NCBI GenBank assembly: GCA_002269645.1
Contig: NIVC01004478.1
Location: 59,990 to 102,614, forward strand
DNA: 42,625 nucleotides
Origin: Macrostomum lignano
Taxonomy: Eukaryota
Direction of reading: 5' to 3'
Shown piece after piece: positions 1 to 12,000 of the stretch. Numbering within the stretch: the first letter of the stretch is position 1; each line of letters opens with the position of its first letter. Position numbers and translations under genes: made by a program. The notes under the pieces were generated by a model. It worked only from the letters and a program-made list of their open reading frames with translations. It searched no databases and had not been told where the DNA came from.

Positions 1-201
1 ATATTTACTATATCAAATATGATATGAACAATTCTATTATGCAAAATATACTCTGTTCAAGACTCTAGATATGGGTAACCGCGCGAAGCAACTATGGCTT
101 CATTTAAATTCTATAATGCCTCGCCATCTAGAAAGCATATTTTCGCATAAAGCCCGCATACTTTCTAACGGCCCTCTCTTGGCTTTGCTTATCTCTTACA
201 G

Positions 202-926
202 CCAGCTGTCAGACAGTGCGGCGGCATGATGGCCGGCGCCAAGTTTAAAGCAGCCAGCAGCCACTCCGGATCGCCAGCAATCCTATTAGGCATCTATAAT
301 AACTCTGCTACTAATAGTAATAGTGGTAAGGCGCTGGCATCTAGCATTAACTGTCAGGAGGCTTGGCCAGAGCCAGCGCTGCCCCAGCCTGTTGTGCTGC
401 GCAGTGTCAGACATCGGAAGGGCGACTCTCGCGACACTCGCAGGAGAACGCTTTGCGGCGGCGAGCTCTGTCGACTATTGCCGTCAATTGACGAGTCGGC
501 TTCCGTTTCTTCAATGTCTTCGTCTTCTTCTTCCGCCGATGTTGCTGCTTCTGCTTCTTCTGTTTCAGTTTCTTCTCCGTCGCTGCAACAGCGGCGTCGT
601 AAACAGAACCAGCAGCCGATTGAACAACAGCGACTTCGTCGGTTGAGTCTTCCAGCACTTGGCCTGCTTGACAGCGTCCCGGAAGTGCCGGAAATACCGC
701 CGGAAATGCCGTCGACTCAAGCGCAACAGCAACAGCTGCTTCTGTTGCAGAAGAAGACAAAAACACCGCCAGCTCAGCGTCGGTTGACTCCTCCTAGCGA
801 TCGAATGGGCGTCGGGTGTTGTTGCTATGCCCGATTCCGGAGGCCGACTCTGCGACTGGTGCTGGTGGTGGCAGCGGCGGCGCTGCAACGGCGTCCTCGC
901 CAGCACCCGCTTCTCCGCCTGTCTGA
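202..926 (+). CDS. Candidate exon of an unknown low-complexity (Ser/Gln/Pro-rich) protein; probable 1-nt frameshift near 790-800
   Basis: CTAAC branch-like motif, pyrimidine tract and AG at 200-201 (ctttgcttatctcttacag). Frame 1 is open from 202 (ATG at 226). After about 797, frame 3 reads RSNGRRVLLLCPIPEADSATGAGGGSGGAATASSPAPASPPV* (TGA 924-926). No recognisable domain; other frames and the minus strand also look partly protein-like. Confidence 0.4.
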
Positions 927-1159
927 ATGCCAGCGTCCAAGCAATATGCATGCCTATAGGCTTCGGACCGCCCCGCTTGATCTTTTTTCCTTAGCTTTGC
1001 CCTCTAGTCTGTCATGTATTGTCATTCGTTTTTTAGGGCTGCAACTCGGTTCATTTTATTTGAAGTGCTTTGCAATGGTGCGAGTGTCGAGAAATGCAAA
1101 ATTTCTCAAAATATTAGTCCTCATATCTCACAACAATATTGAATCTCTCGCCTTGATTG

Positions 1160-1990
1160 AAAGAATCGCCCTTGAATCCCCCAGAATTACCCTCGAAGCT
1201 CCCAGAATCGCCCTCGAAGCCCTCAGATTCGCCCTCGAATTCCCCAGAATCGCCCTCACCCCCACCCCTTCCCAGAATCGCCCTCACCCCCACCCCTTCC
1301 CAGAATCGCCCTCACCCCCACCCCTTCCCAGAATCGCCCTCACCCCCACCCCTTCCCAGAATCGCCCTCAACCCCCCCTTCCCAGAATCGCCCTCAACCC
1401 CCCCCCTCCCAGAATCGCCCTCGAATCCCTCAGAATCGCCCTCGAATTCCCCAGAATCGCCCTCACCCCAGAATATCGCCCTCTTATCCCCCAGAATCGC
1501 CCTCGAATCCCTCAGAATCGCCCTCGAATTCCCCAGAATCGCCCTCACCCCCAGAATATCGCCCTCTTATCCCCCAGAATCGCCCTCGAATCCCCCAGAA
1601 TCGCCCTCACATCCCCAGAATCGCCCTCAAATCCCCCAGAATCGCCCTCACCCCCAGAATCGCCCTCGAATCCCCCAGAATCGCCCTCACATCCCCCAGA
1701 ATCTCCCTCACCCCCCCTGAATCGCCCTCACCCCCCCCCAGAATCGCCCTCACCCCCCCCCAGAATCGCCCTCACCCCCCCCAGAATCGCCCTCACCCCC
1801 CCCAGAATCGCCCTCGAATCCCCAGAATCGCCCTCACATCCCCAGAATCGCCCTCACCCCCCCAGAATCGCCCTCACCCCTAGAATCGCCCTCACCCCCC
1901 CCCTAGAATCGCCCTCACCCCCCCCAGAATCGCCCTCACCCCCCAGAATCGCCCTCACCCCCCCAGAATCGCCCTCACATCCCCCAGAAT
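1160..1990. repeat. Degenerate 18-20 bp minisatellite (CCCCAGAATCGCCCTCAC/GAA)
   Basis: Repeated AGAATCGCCCTC core; produces the PRIALTP/PPESPSP pseudo-ORFs. Confidence 0.9.
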
Positions 1991-3174
1991 CAACTCTGAA
2001 TTCTTCCAAAGATGTCCTAATAAGAGACAGACTGTCAGTTACCATAGACGATTGCGACACTTTACAATTAAACGATACATGAATGTATAAGTTATTGGCC
2101 TAATTTGATTCATTCAAGAATTAATTAGTCTATGGTCGCAATCCCCATTCCAGCCTCACACCGAATGTCGCAATGGTAGAATAACTCCGGCATTAAATGT
2201 CTATGGTACAATGCCTATAATAATAGCATTGCTTTTCTGGCCCTGACGCCATTAAAGGCGAGGTTATCATTGTCATATTCCACACAATCTATAGTTTCTC
2301 ATTAAAATATTCCATTCTAGATTAAACAACGTGAACTTTTACATCGAATAAAGTAACGCAACTATATTTTTCAATAGTTTTACTATTTGTGAATTGTGAT
2401 AATAGTTTTGGTCAGTCGCTTATAAAGCATGTCTCGATATTCAAGTAAGTGTCTTGAATGAATTTCTAAACTTGTATTTCGAATGTGTTTACTTAAATAT
2501 TTTTCTTCTTAACTGCACTGCTGCACTCTATGATAAGGTTTATTTATGCGCATATATTACTTAAATATAAGTAGCCAGATGAGCTCAGTTAGATTAGCAT
2601 GCGTAAATCTTATTATAATGCTGAAAGTAAAATATCTGTCATATTTCCTTTGCTTTGTGCTTTTTGTTTCACTATGAGAATCGTTTTGAATTTTTAAATA
2701 ATTAAAAGCATGTTTAAAAATGTTGAATCTATTATCATATACTAGTTATGCCCACATCATAAACACATTATCTACTACCTGAATAAGGTAAGTCTTTCCA
2801 CGCATCGCGTGCATTCTAATCATTGAGCGAATTTAACCTTTAAGGCTATCCAATTAATATGCGTACTAATATTCTGCTATTTATTTATCGTGTTATGGTT
2901 TGTGTTATGTCTTTTACTATCAGTTTACTGTCATAATCGGTCAGCCTTCTTTTGTTCTTAAACACTACTTAAAGTAGCTTTTGCAGATTTTGTTCAAAAA
3001 CAATGTTTTTTCATAGTAGATTGGCAACCATGAGTAAAGTATTTGTAATTTTAATGCTTGTCGTATTAAAAGAAGTATTTAAACGGATCTTGAATTTCTG
3101 ATCAAATTATTTTTAAGAATCTTACTTTATGACCTTTATGACTCTTACTTTAAGACCAGATTAACAAAGCAATT

Positions 3175-3685
3175 GCTACCCAATCGAAATGAACTTGCTC
3201 CCAATGTATTATCCGTTGACCAACCTCACTCCACTCCCAATGTACATCCATACACAACCAACCTCGCTCCACTCCCTATGTACATCCATCCACCAACCTC
3301 ACCCCACTCCCTATGTACATTTATCCACCAACCTCGCTCCACTCCCTATGTACATCCATCCACCAACCTCACCCCATTCCCTATGTACATCCATCCACCA
3401 ACCTCACCGCATTCCCTATGTACATCCATTCACCAACCTCACCCCATTCCCTATGTACATCCATCTACCAACCTCACTCCAATCCTAATGTACATCCATC
3501 TACCAACCTCACTCCAATCCTAATGTACATCCATCGACCAACCTCACTCCAATCCCAATGTACATCAATCGACCAACCTTACTCCACTTACAATGTGCAT
3601 CCATCGTCCAACCTCACTTCACTTCCAATGTACATCCTCCGACTAACGTCACTCCACTCACAATGTACATCCATCAACCAAACCT
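3175..3685. repeat. Degenerate ~38 bp minisatellite (core ATGTACATCCATCCACCAACCTCAC)
   Basis: TGTAC at 3241 and 3279 (38 bp spacing), recurring through the interval. Confidence 0.85.
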
Positions 3686-4388
3686 GCTATATATGCAAGC
3701 TTTGTCTGCATTCTGTTTACTACTTTTCCCTCCCAAGCTTTTGTATCCGTTCACCTGTTGCATTAAAATATATAATTACAAATGAAAATAGTTGCTTAGA
3801 GAACTACGAAAATATTATTTTGCTACTTGTAGTAGAGTAGGGAGAATGCCAGCTAAGATGTGGTGTACTATATCTAATCTATGCTGCTGCTTAGTTTTAA
3901 ATATATACATGTATTGTTTATACGGGCCTGTATTTCTGCATCTGCTTGAATTGTACCTGATCCACAAGTATATTTATTGCATTGCACCTTTTAATTTCTG
4001 CTTTATCGCTCATTGCGAGTGTTTTCTTTTTTCTACACTATGTGTGTAATTTCTTTTGTCCTTGAGTTTTGAAATAACCGCCATGCAAACGTATGCGAAC
4101 CATTTATATTTATGAAATATAATAATGTATATGGTTTGCTTGTTTTACTCAAGAATCAAATTATACCTTGGTTTATTATTTAATGTATATTGATCGAATT
4201 CTTACATCGACGCGATGATGACCTTTGAGATCAAATATATATTTTCTTGCTTTAATATTGGCATCAAAATACTTTTTCTTGCTTGGTTTCTTGGGTTTTC
4301 TCAGTTTTGTTTGTAGATTTTTAATAATCAGTTAATTGGCCCCTACGATTAACTAGGCCTTTGCCAGTAGCTTAAAAACTGATTAATT

Positions 4389-4793
4389 GAAGGGTCTCGT
4401 TATGAGCCTCAATGAGAATAGTTGAAGGGTCTCGTTATGAGCCTCAATGAGAATAGTTGAAGGGTCTCGTTATGAGCCTCAATGAGAATAGTTGAAGGGT
4501 CTCGTTATGAGCCTCAATGAGAATAGTTGAAGGGTCTCGTTATGAGCCTCAATGAGAATAGTTGAAGGGTCTCGTTATGAGCCTCAATGAGAATAGTTGA
4601 AGGGTCTCGTTATGAGCCTCAATGAGAATAGTTGAAGGGTCTCGTTATGAGCCTCAATGAGAATAGTTGAAGGGTCTCGTTATGAGCCTCAATGAGAATA
4701 GTTGAAGGGTCTCGTTATGAGCCTCAATGAGAATAGTTGAAGGGTCTCGTTATGAGCCTCAATGAGAATAGTTGAAGGTCTCGTTATGAGCCT
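4389..4793. repeat. Near-perfect 35 bp tandem array, 11 full units plus a partial one (GAAGGGTCTCGTTATGAGCCTCAATGAGAATAGTT)
   Basis: Units start at 4389, 4424 ... 4774; identical, with no spacers. Confidence 0.95.
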
Positions 4794-4977
4794 TAAACAG
4801 ATTCTTAGTTATTTTATTAAGAAAGTTCTCATTAGGAGTTATTAGGAGTTCTCATTAGGAACCTCTAGTGGGTCTTAGGTTTTATCGTCAAGGCTTTTTA
4901 GAATATAATTTGTAGAAGAATTACTACTATTCATATATTTACAATCTGTTAATGACATCAACTGCCAGTACCAGCAA

Positions 4978-7925
4978 ATGCAGTCAGCATCGGACCAAGC
5001 CATGCAGTCTGGCAGGCAGCTGGTAGACAGTCCGCCAGTGCCTCTAACCCGTTTAGTTAGAATGGTGGCCAGGGCGTTCTATACTGGCGAACAGGCTGTT
5101 ATTGTTGACTATCTGTGCAAGCGGACTATTGTTAAAGAAGAAGATATGGCGCAATTGTTTCGATTGGATATGAAACAGCTTAGGCAGTTGCTTGTAGCTC
5201 TTAAACAGGTGTGCTTTTATCATTTAAATTGTTTCTGTGTGTCTTTCAGTCAGTCTTTGTCCACTGTTTCAGTCGGTCTTTGTCTACTGTTTCAGTCGGT
5301 CTTTGTCTACTGTTTCAGTCGGTCTTTGTCTACTGTTTCAGTCGGTCTTTGTCTACTGTTTCAGTCGGTCTTTGTCTACTGTTTCAGTCGGTCTTTGTCT
5401 ACTGTTTCAGTCGGTTTTTGTCTACTGTTTCAGTCGGTCTTTGTCTACTGTTTCAGTCGGTTTTTGTCTACTGTTTCAGTCGGTCTTTGTCTACTGTTTC
5501 AGTCGGTCTTTGTCTACTGTTTCAGTCGGTCTTTGTCTATTGTTTCAGTCGGTCTTTGTCTACTGTTTCAGTCGGTCTTTGTCTACTGTTTCAGTCGGTC
5601 TTTGTCCACTGTTTCAGTCGGTCTTTGTCTACTGTTTCAGTCGGTCTTTGTCTACTGTTTCAGTCGGTTTTTGTCTACTGTTTCAGTCGGTTTTTGTCTA
5701 CTGTTTCAGTCGGTCTTTGTCTACTGTTTCAGTCGGTCTTTGTCTACTGTTTCAGTCGGTCTTTGTCTATTGTTTCAGTCGGTCTTTGTCTACTGTTTCA
5801 GTCGGTCTTTGTCTACTGTTTCAGTCGGTCTTTGTCCACTGTTTCAGTCGGTTTTTGTCTACTGTTTCGGTCAGTCTTTTGTCCACTGTTTTAGTCTTTG
5901 TCCACTGTTTCAGTCGGTCTTAGTCAGATTTTTCAGTTTGTCCTTTTCTGTATCATTCCGTTGGTCTTTGTCCGCAACTTCAGTCGGTGTTTTTTGCTTC
6001 TTCATTTTCCTTTCTACTGGGTTTTTCACTCGGTCTTTGTCCATCCAGTGGTCTTTATCCAGTCCTTCAATCGAACCCGTTTTAAATCGATATGAAAATT
6101 CCCGAATTGAAGGACCAGCTGATTCGCAGCAAGAAGCGAATGGAGACTAGCGCAGACGGTCGCGTTAGCAAATACGATTATTTCTACATTAATTACGAAG
6201 TCTTTGTTAACGTTGTCAAGTACAAACTGGACACAATGCAGCACAGGCTGGAACGCGAACAGAGGGAATTCACGGCCAGAGCGGCTTTTCACTGTACCGC
6301 CTGCGCAAAGACGTTCACAGATTTGGAGGTGAGAATTGAAACTGTTTTTGTTATCTTTTATTTCAGTGACTTATAATTTGTACAAACTCATCTTTCTACA
6401 CAGGTGAACGAACTAATGGACTTTAGCACAGGCGAATTGAAGTGCTCCTTCTGTAACGCCGAAGTGGTCGAAGAAGAGAATATGGCAACTAGGCAAGACT
6501 TGCGCCTCAATATGGCTCGGTTTCACGAACAGGTGCGAACAAAATTTTATTGTTTTTTTAAATAGATTCTGCTTCTGTGATTCATATTGCATTTGAAATA
6601 CGAGCGTATCAAAGGTAAGGTAATCTGTAAAAATGGAGTCTGCAGACTTCTGCAACTTCTGTTGGATCAGAAGCGCTCAGCAGTGTAAGAGCAAAGAGTA
6701 GGGAGAGATGTTGGTATTATATTTGATTTTGAAATTTATCTGATGCCAGCTAGACTCGATTTCAATTTTTCAATTAGGTCAAACCTGCTCCAATGTTCAC
6801 TCTATCGATCCACCTCCAGACTGCTTCAATGTACACTTATATCAATCTACCCCCAGCCTGGCCCAATTGACACTATCGATCCTCCTAGCCTGCCCCAATG
6901 TACACCCCATTGATCCACCCTATCCTGCCCCAATGTACACCCCATTGATCCACCCTAGCCTGCTCCAATGGACACCCCACTAATCCGCCCCAGCCTGCCC
7001 AAATGTACGCGCTATCAATAACTTGCGCCCCTATTTTAAAAACCTGGCTAATTCACAGGTGCGCGACCCATTAGACGCCTTATTAAAAGAAATCGAGCGT
7101 TTCCGATTTGGGCCCAGCCTGCTGGAGCCGCCCCTGACAGAATTTGCCAGCGGAGGCGGCCCTCCCGGCGCCGCGGGCGACCGACCAGATCTTGCCGGCT
7201 CCTCGTCTTCCGCTTCGCTGCTTGGCGGCGGCGGCGGCGGCTCATCTGCTACGATCACCGTGGACATGTCCACTGGCGGAGACGAGTCCGCCGGCAAAAC
7301 CGGCGTCAAAGAGGTTCCGCAGTGGATGCTGGGTAGCACCATCGCTTTAGACGAGGATTCAAATAGTCGGTTCTCATTGGACGGCGGCGGCGGTGTTGGC
7401 GGCACGGCGTCGGCTGGCGGCTCCGGGCTGGACTCGGCGCGCAAAGTGGAGATTCAAGACCTGCTCATACAGAACGAGGTGCGCCAAAAGAAGCTTCAAG
7501 AACAGCAGAAAAAGCAGCAACAACAGCAGCAACAGGCTGCGGCTTCAGCAAAGTCAAAGAAAAAGAAGAAACCGGCCAAATCAAGCGACGATGAGGACGA
7601 CGAAGACGACGACGATAATCGGGCGAATTCGTCGACCTCGCCGTCCACGTCGGATTCGGATGTCGCTATAGTTGATGCCGGCGCTGCCGCCAGCGCTGGT
7701 CCCTCGGCGGCTAAACGATTCCGCGCCGACGTCTCCGACGATTCCGAAGACGACGACGAGGATGACGATGACGATAGCGACGATGACGATCTATCGGTGA
7801 CCTTCCAAGGCAAGAGGATACCATACGACGAGGTGACCGAGCAGATGGTGCAGCAGATGAACCCGGAGGAGAAGGCAAATTACGCCGCTGTTGGACAGAA
7901 ATACTACTCTATGTTTGACGACTAG
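4978..7925 (+). CDS. GTF2E1: General transcription factor IIE subunit alpha; exons 4978-5208, 6113-6328, 6404-6532, 7059-7925 (~480 aa)
   Basis: Spliced translation resembles TFIIE-alpha throughout: VARAFY...VKEEDMAQLFRLDMKQLR, YFYINYEVFVNVVKYKLD, zinc ribbon CTAC...CSFC, RFHEQ, acidic C-terminus ending EEKANYAAVGQKYYSMFDD. All introns are GT-AG, phase 0, and the frame is intact. Confidence 0.95.
5245..5915. repeat. 23 bp minisatellite in GTF2E1 intron 1 (CTGTTTCAGTCGGTCTTTGTCTA)
   Basis: 23 bp periodicity (5288, 5311 ...). Confidence 0.95.
6785..7010. repeat. Degenerate ~35 bp repeat in GTF2E1 intron 3 (CAATGTACACCCCATTGATCCACCCTAGCCTG)
   Basis: TACACC at 6901 and 6936; several diverged copies. 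Confidence 0.7.
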
Positions 7926-7974
7926 GAAGCTGACTGGCTTCATCTTTATAGGAAGTACATGTAACTAGTTAATA

Positions 7975-8402
7975 CTTTCATAGCAACTGCATTGAAACCG
8001 CTTAGCAACCGTATAAATTCCAGATAGCAACCGCATAGCAGCCACGGGTGAATAGCATAGTAACCACATGAAAAATGGTATAGCAACCGCATAGCAACCA
8101 CGGGTGAATAGCATAGTAACCACATGAAAAGATGGTATAGCAACCGCATAGCAACCACGGGTGAATAGCATAGTAACCACATGAAAAAAGGTATAGCAAC
8201 CGCATAGCAACCACGGGTGAATAGCATAGTAACCACATGAAAAAAGGTATAGCAACCGCATAGCAACCACGGGTGAATAGCATAGTAACCACATGAAAAA
8301 AGGTATAGCAACCGCATAGCAACCACGGGTGAATAGCATAGTCACCACATGAAAAATGGTATAGCAACCGCATAGCAACCACGGGTGAATAGCATAGTAA
8401 CA
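7975..8402. repeat. 56-57 bp tandem array built from ATAGCAACC subunits, just downstream of the GTF2E1 stop
   Basis: CGGGTGAAT at 8045, 8101, 8158, 8214 ... Confidence 0.9.
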
Positions 8403-9039
8403 GCTTCTCATTGAAAACTTTAACGTGACAAGAATCGCTAAAGAGTCATTGCCAACACGTCACTTGTGACTCTGGCGACTCTGGGGCCGACTCTTGTGAC
8501 TGTTAAACGACTCAAAACGACTGACGGAGAGGCGCATCACGTTGAGTTGTAGAATCACAAGAGTCTATAAAAAAATCTACCAAGAGTCGTTGTGTTTTAG
8601 CGTATTAGCGTCACACAGCAACTGCGTAACAGCTGCATAGAAACCGAATGAAAAACACTGCTTGGCAACCAAATTAGTGCAGTGTGAACAAGGTTTTATG
8701 CTCGTAAAATTTTTCTTCTTTTTAGAAAATTATCTCTGAAGACTTGAGTTGTATAGCAAATTAGTGACACTGTTTAATTCTAAAATATACATTTAGATTG
8801 TCTCGTTAATCTTACCTGCATCTTTTCATTTGTGTGTGCTGGCGTGTTAAGCTATTACATATTTTGTGTCATGCATGTGTCAGCTCGAAAGCTTTCACTG
8901 TTTAGGGATATATAGAGAGGGCATTTATATTTTACCGTTATGCATGATTTATATTTAAATACACTATGATGCTTGTGTCAGTTATAATTTTTTAGTTGTC
9001 TTTCCTTTTCATTGCCTACTAAATTTATTTCGTGTTTGA

Positions 9040-12000
9040 ACAGTTGGTTTATCAGGACTGTGTGTTTAATCAGTTGGTTTATCAGGACTGTGTGTTTAAT
9101 CAGTTGGTTTATCAGGACTGTGTGTTTAATCAGTTGGTTTATCAGGACTATGTGTTTAATCAGTTGGTTTATCAGGACTGTGTGTTTAATTAGTTGGTTT
9201 ATCAGGACTGTGTGTTTAATCAGTTGGTTTATCAGGACTATGTGTTTAATCAGTTGGTTTATCAGGACTGTGTGTTTAATCAGTTGGTTTATCAGGACTA
9301 TGTGTTTAATCAGTTGGTTTATCAGGACTGTGTGTTTAATCAGTTGGTTTATCAGGACTGTGTGTTTAATCAGTTGGTTTATCAGGACTATGTGTTTAAT
9401 CAGTTGGTTTATCAGGACTGTGTGTTTAATAGTTGGTTTATCAGGACTGTGTGTTTAATCAGTTGGTTTATCAGGACTATGTGTTTAATCAGTTGGTTTA
9501 TCAGGACTGTGTGTTTAACAGTTGGTTTATCAGGACTGTGTGTTTAATCAGTTGGCTTATCAGGACTGTGTGTTTAATCAGTTGGTTTATCAGGACTGTG
9601 TGTTTAATCAGTTGGTTTATCAGGACTGTGTGTTTAATCAGTTGGTTTATCAGGACTGTGTGTTTAATCAGTTGGTTTATCAGGACTATGTGTTTAATCA
9701 GTTGGTTTATCAGGACTGTGTGTTTAATCAGTTGGTTTATCAGGACTGTGTGTTTAATCAGTTGGTTTATCAGGACTGTGTGTTTAATCAGTTGGTTTAT
9801 CAGGACTATGTGTTTAATCAGTTGGTTTATCAGGACTATGTGTTTAATAGTTGGTTTATCAGGACTGTGTGTTTAATCAGTTGGTTTATCAGGACTATGT
9901 GTTTAATCAGTTGGTTTATCAGGACTGTGTGTTTAACAGTTGGTTTATCAGGACTGTGTGTTTAATCAGTTGGCTTATCAGGACTGTGTGTTTAATCAGT
10001 TGGTTTATCAGGACTGTGTGTTTAATCAGTTGGTTTATCAGGACTGTGTGTTTAATCAGTTGGTTTATCAGGACTGTGTGTTTAACAGTTGGTTTATCAG
10101 GACTATGTGTTTAATCAGTTGGTTTATCAGGACTGTGTGTTTAATCAGTTGGTTTATCAGGACTGTGTGTTTAATCAGTTGGTTTATCAGGACTGTGTGT
10201 TTAATCAGTTGGTTTATCAGGACTATGTGTTTAATCAGTTGGTTTATCAGGACTGTGTGTTTAATCAGTTGGTTTATCAGGACTGTGTGTTTAATCAGTT
10301 GGTTTATCAGGACTATGTGTTTAATCAGTTGGTTTATCAGGACTGTGTGTTTAATAGTTGGTTTATCAGGACTGTGTGTTTAATCAGTTGGTTTATCAGG
10401 ACTATGTGTTTAATCAGTTGGTTTATCAGGACTGTGTGTTTAATCAGTTGGTTTATCAGGACTGTGTGTTTAATCAGTTGGCTTATCAGGACTGTGTGTT
10501 TAATCAGTTGGTTTATCAGGACTGTGTGTTTAATCAGTTGGTTTATCAGGACTGTGTGTTTAATCAGTTGGTTTATCAGGACTGTGTGTTTAACAGTTGG
10601 TTTATCAGGACTATGTGTTTAATCAGTTGGTTTATCAGGACTGTGTGTTTAATCAGTTGGTTTATCAGGACTGTGTGTTTAATCAGTTGGTTTATCAGGA
10701 CTGTGTGTTTAATCAGTTGGTTTATCAGGACTATGTGTTTAATCAGTTGGTTTATCAGGACTGTGTGTTTAATAGTTGGTTTATCAGGACTGTGTGTTTA
10801 ATCAGTTGGTTTATCAGGACTATGTGTTTAATCAGTTGGTTTATCAGGACTGTGTGTTTAACAGTTGGTTTATCAGGACTGTGTGTTTAATCAGTTGGTT
10901 TATCAGGACTATGTGTTTAATCAGTTGGTTTATCAGGACTGTGTGTTTAATCAGTTGGTTTATCAGGACTGTGTGTTTAATCAGTTGGCTTATCAGGACT
11001 GTGTGTTTAATCAGTTGGTTTATCAGGACTGTGTGTTTAATCAGTTGGTTTATCAGGACTGTGTGTTTAATCAGTTGGTTTATCAGGACTGTGTGTTTAA
11101 CAGTTGGTTTATCAGGACTATGTGTTTAATCAGTTGATTTATCAGGACTGTGTGTTTAATCAGTTGGTTTATCAGGACTGTGTGTTTAATCAGTTGGTTT
11201 ATCAGGACTGTGTGTTTAATCAGTTGGTTTATCAGGACTGTGTGTTTAATCAGTTGGTTTATCAGGACTGTGTGTTTAATCAGTTGGCTTATCAGGACTG
11301 TGTGTTTAATCAGTTGGTTTATCAGGACTATGTGTTTAATCAGTTGGTTTATCAGGACTATGTGTTTAATCAGTTGGTTTATCAGGACTGTGTGTTTAAT
11401 CAGTTGGTTTATCAGGACTGTGTGTTTAATCAGTTGGTTTATCAGGACTGTGTGTTTAACAGTTGGTTTATCAGGACTGTGTGTTTAATCAGTTGGTTTA
11501 TCAGGACTGTGTGTTTAATCAGTTGGTTTATCAGGACTGTGTGTTTAATCAGTTGGTTTATCAGGACTGTGTGTTTAATCAGTTGGTTTATCAGGACTGT
11601 GTGTTTAATCAGTTGGTTTATCAGGACTGTGTGTTTAATCAGTTGGTTTATCAGGACTATGTGATTTGTTGGTTTATCAGGACTGTGTGTTTAATCAGTT
11701 GGTTTATCAGGACTGTGTGTTTAATCAGTTGGTTTATCAGGACTGTGTGTTTAATCAGTTGGTTTATCAGGACTGTGTGTTTAATCAGTTGGTTTATCAG
11801 GACTGTGTGTTTAATCAGTTGGTTTATCAGGACTGTGTGTTTAATCAGTTGGTTTATCAGGACTGTGTGTTTAATCAGTTGGTTTATCAGGACTGTGTGT
11901 TTAATCAGTTGGTTTATCAGGACTATGTGATTTGTTGGTTTATCAGGACTGTGTGTTTAATCAGTTGGTTTATCAGGACTGTGTGTTTAATCAGTTGGTT

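Noticed and set aside
950-2082. 3' two-thirds of the 618 aa ORF (Pro-rich)
   Set aside because: It is read-through into the 18-20 bp minisatellite; all frames give periodic peptides.
4389-4793. 35 bp identical repeats as a CRISPR array
   Set aside because: Repeats are head-to-tail with no spacers, there are no cas genes, and the context is eukaryotic.
8489-8565. SECIS element
   Set aside because: The GA quartet positions are Watson-Crick paired, and the upstream gene has no in-frame UGA.
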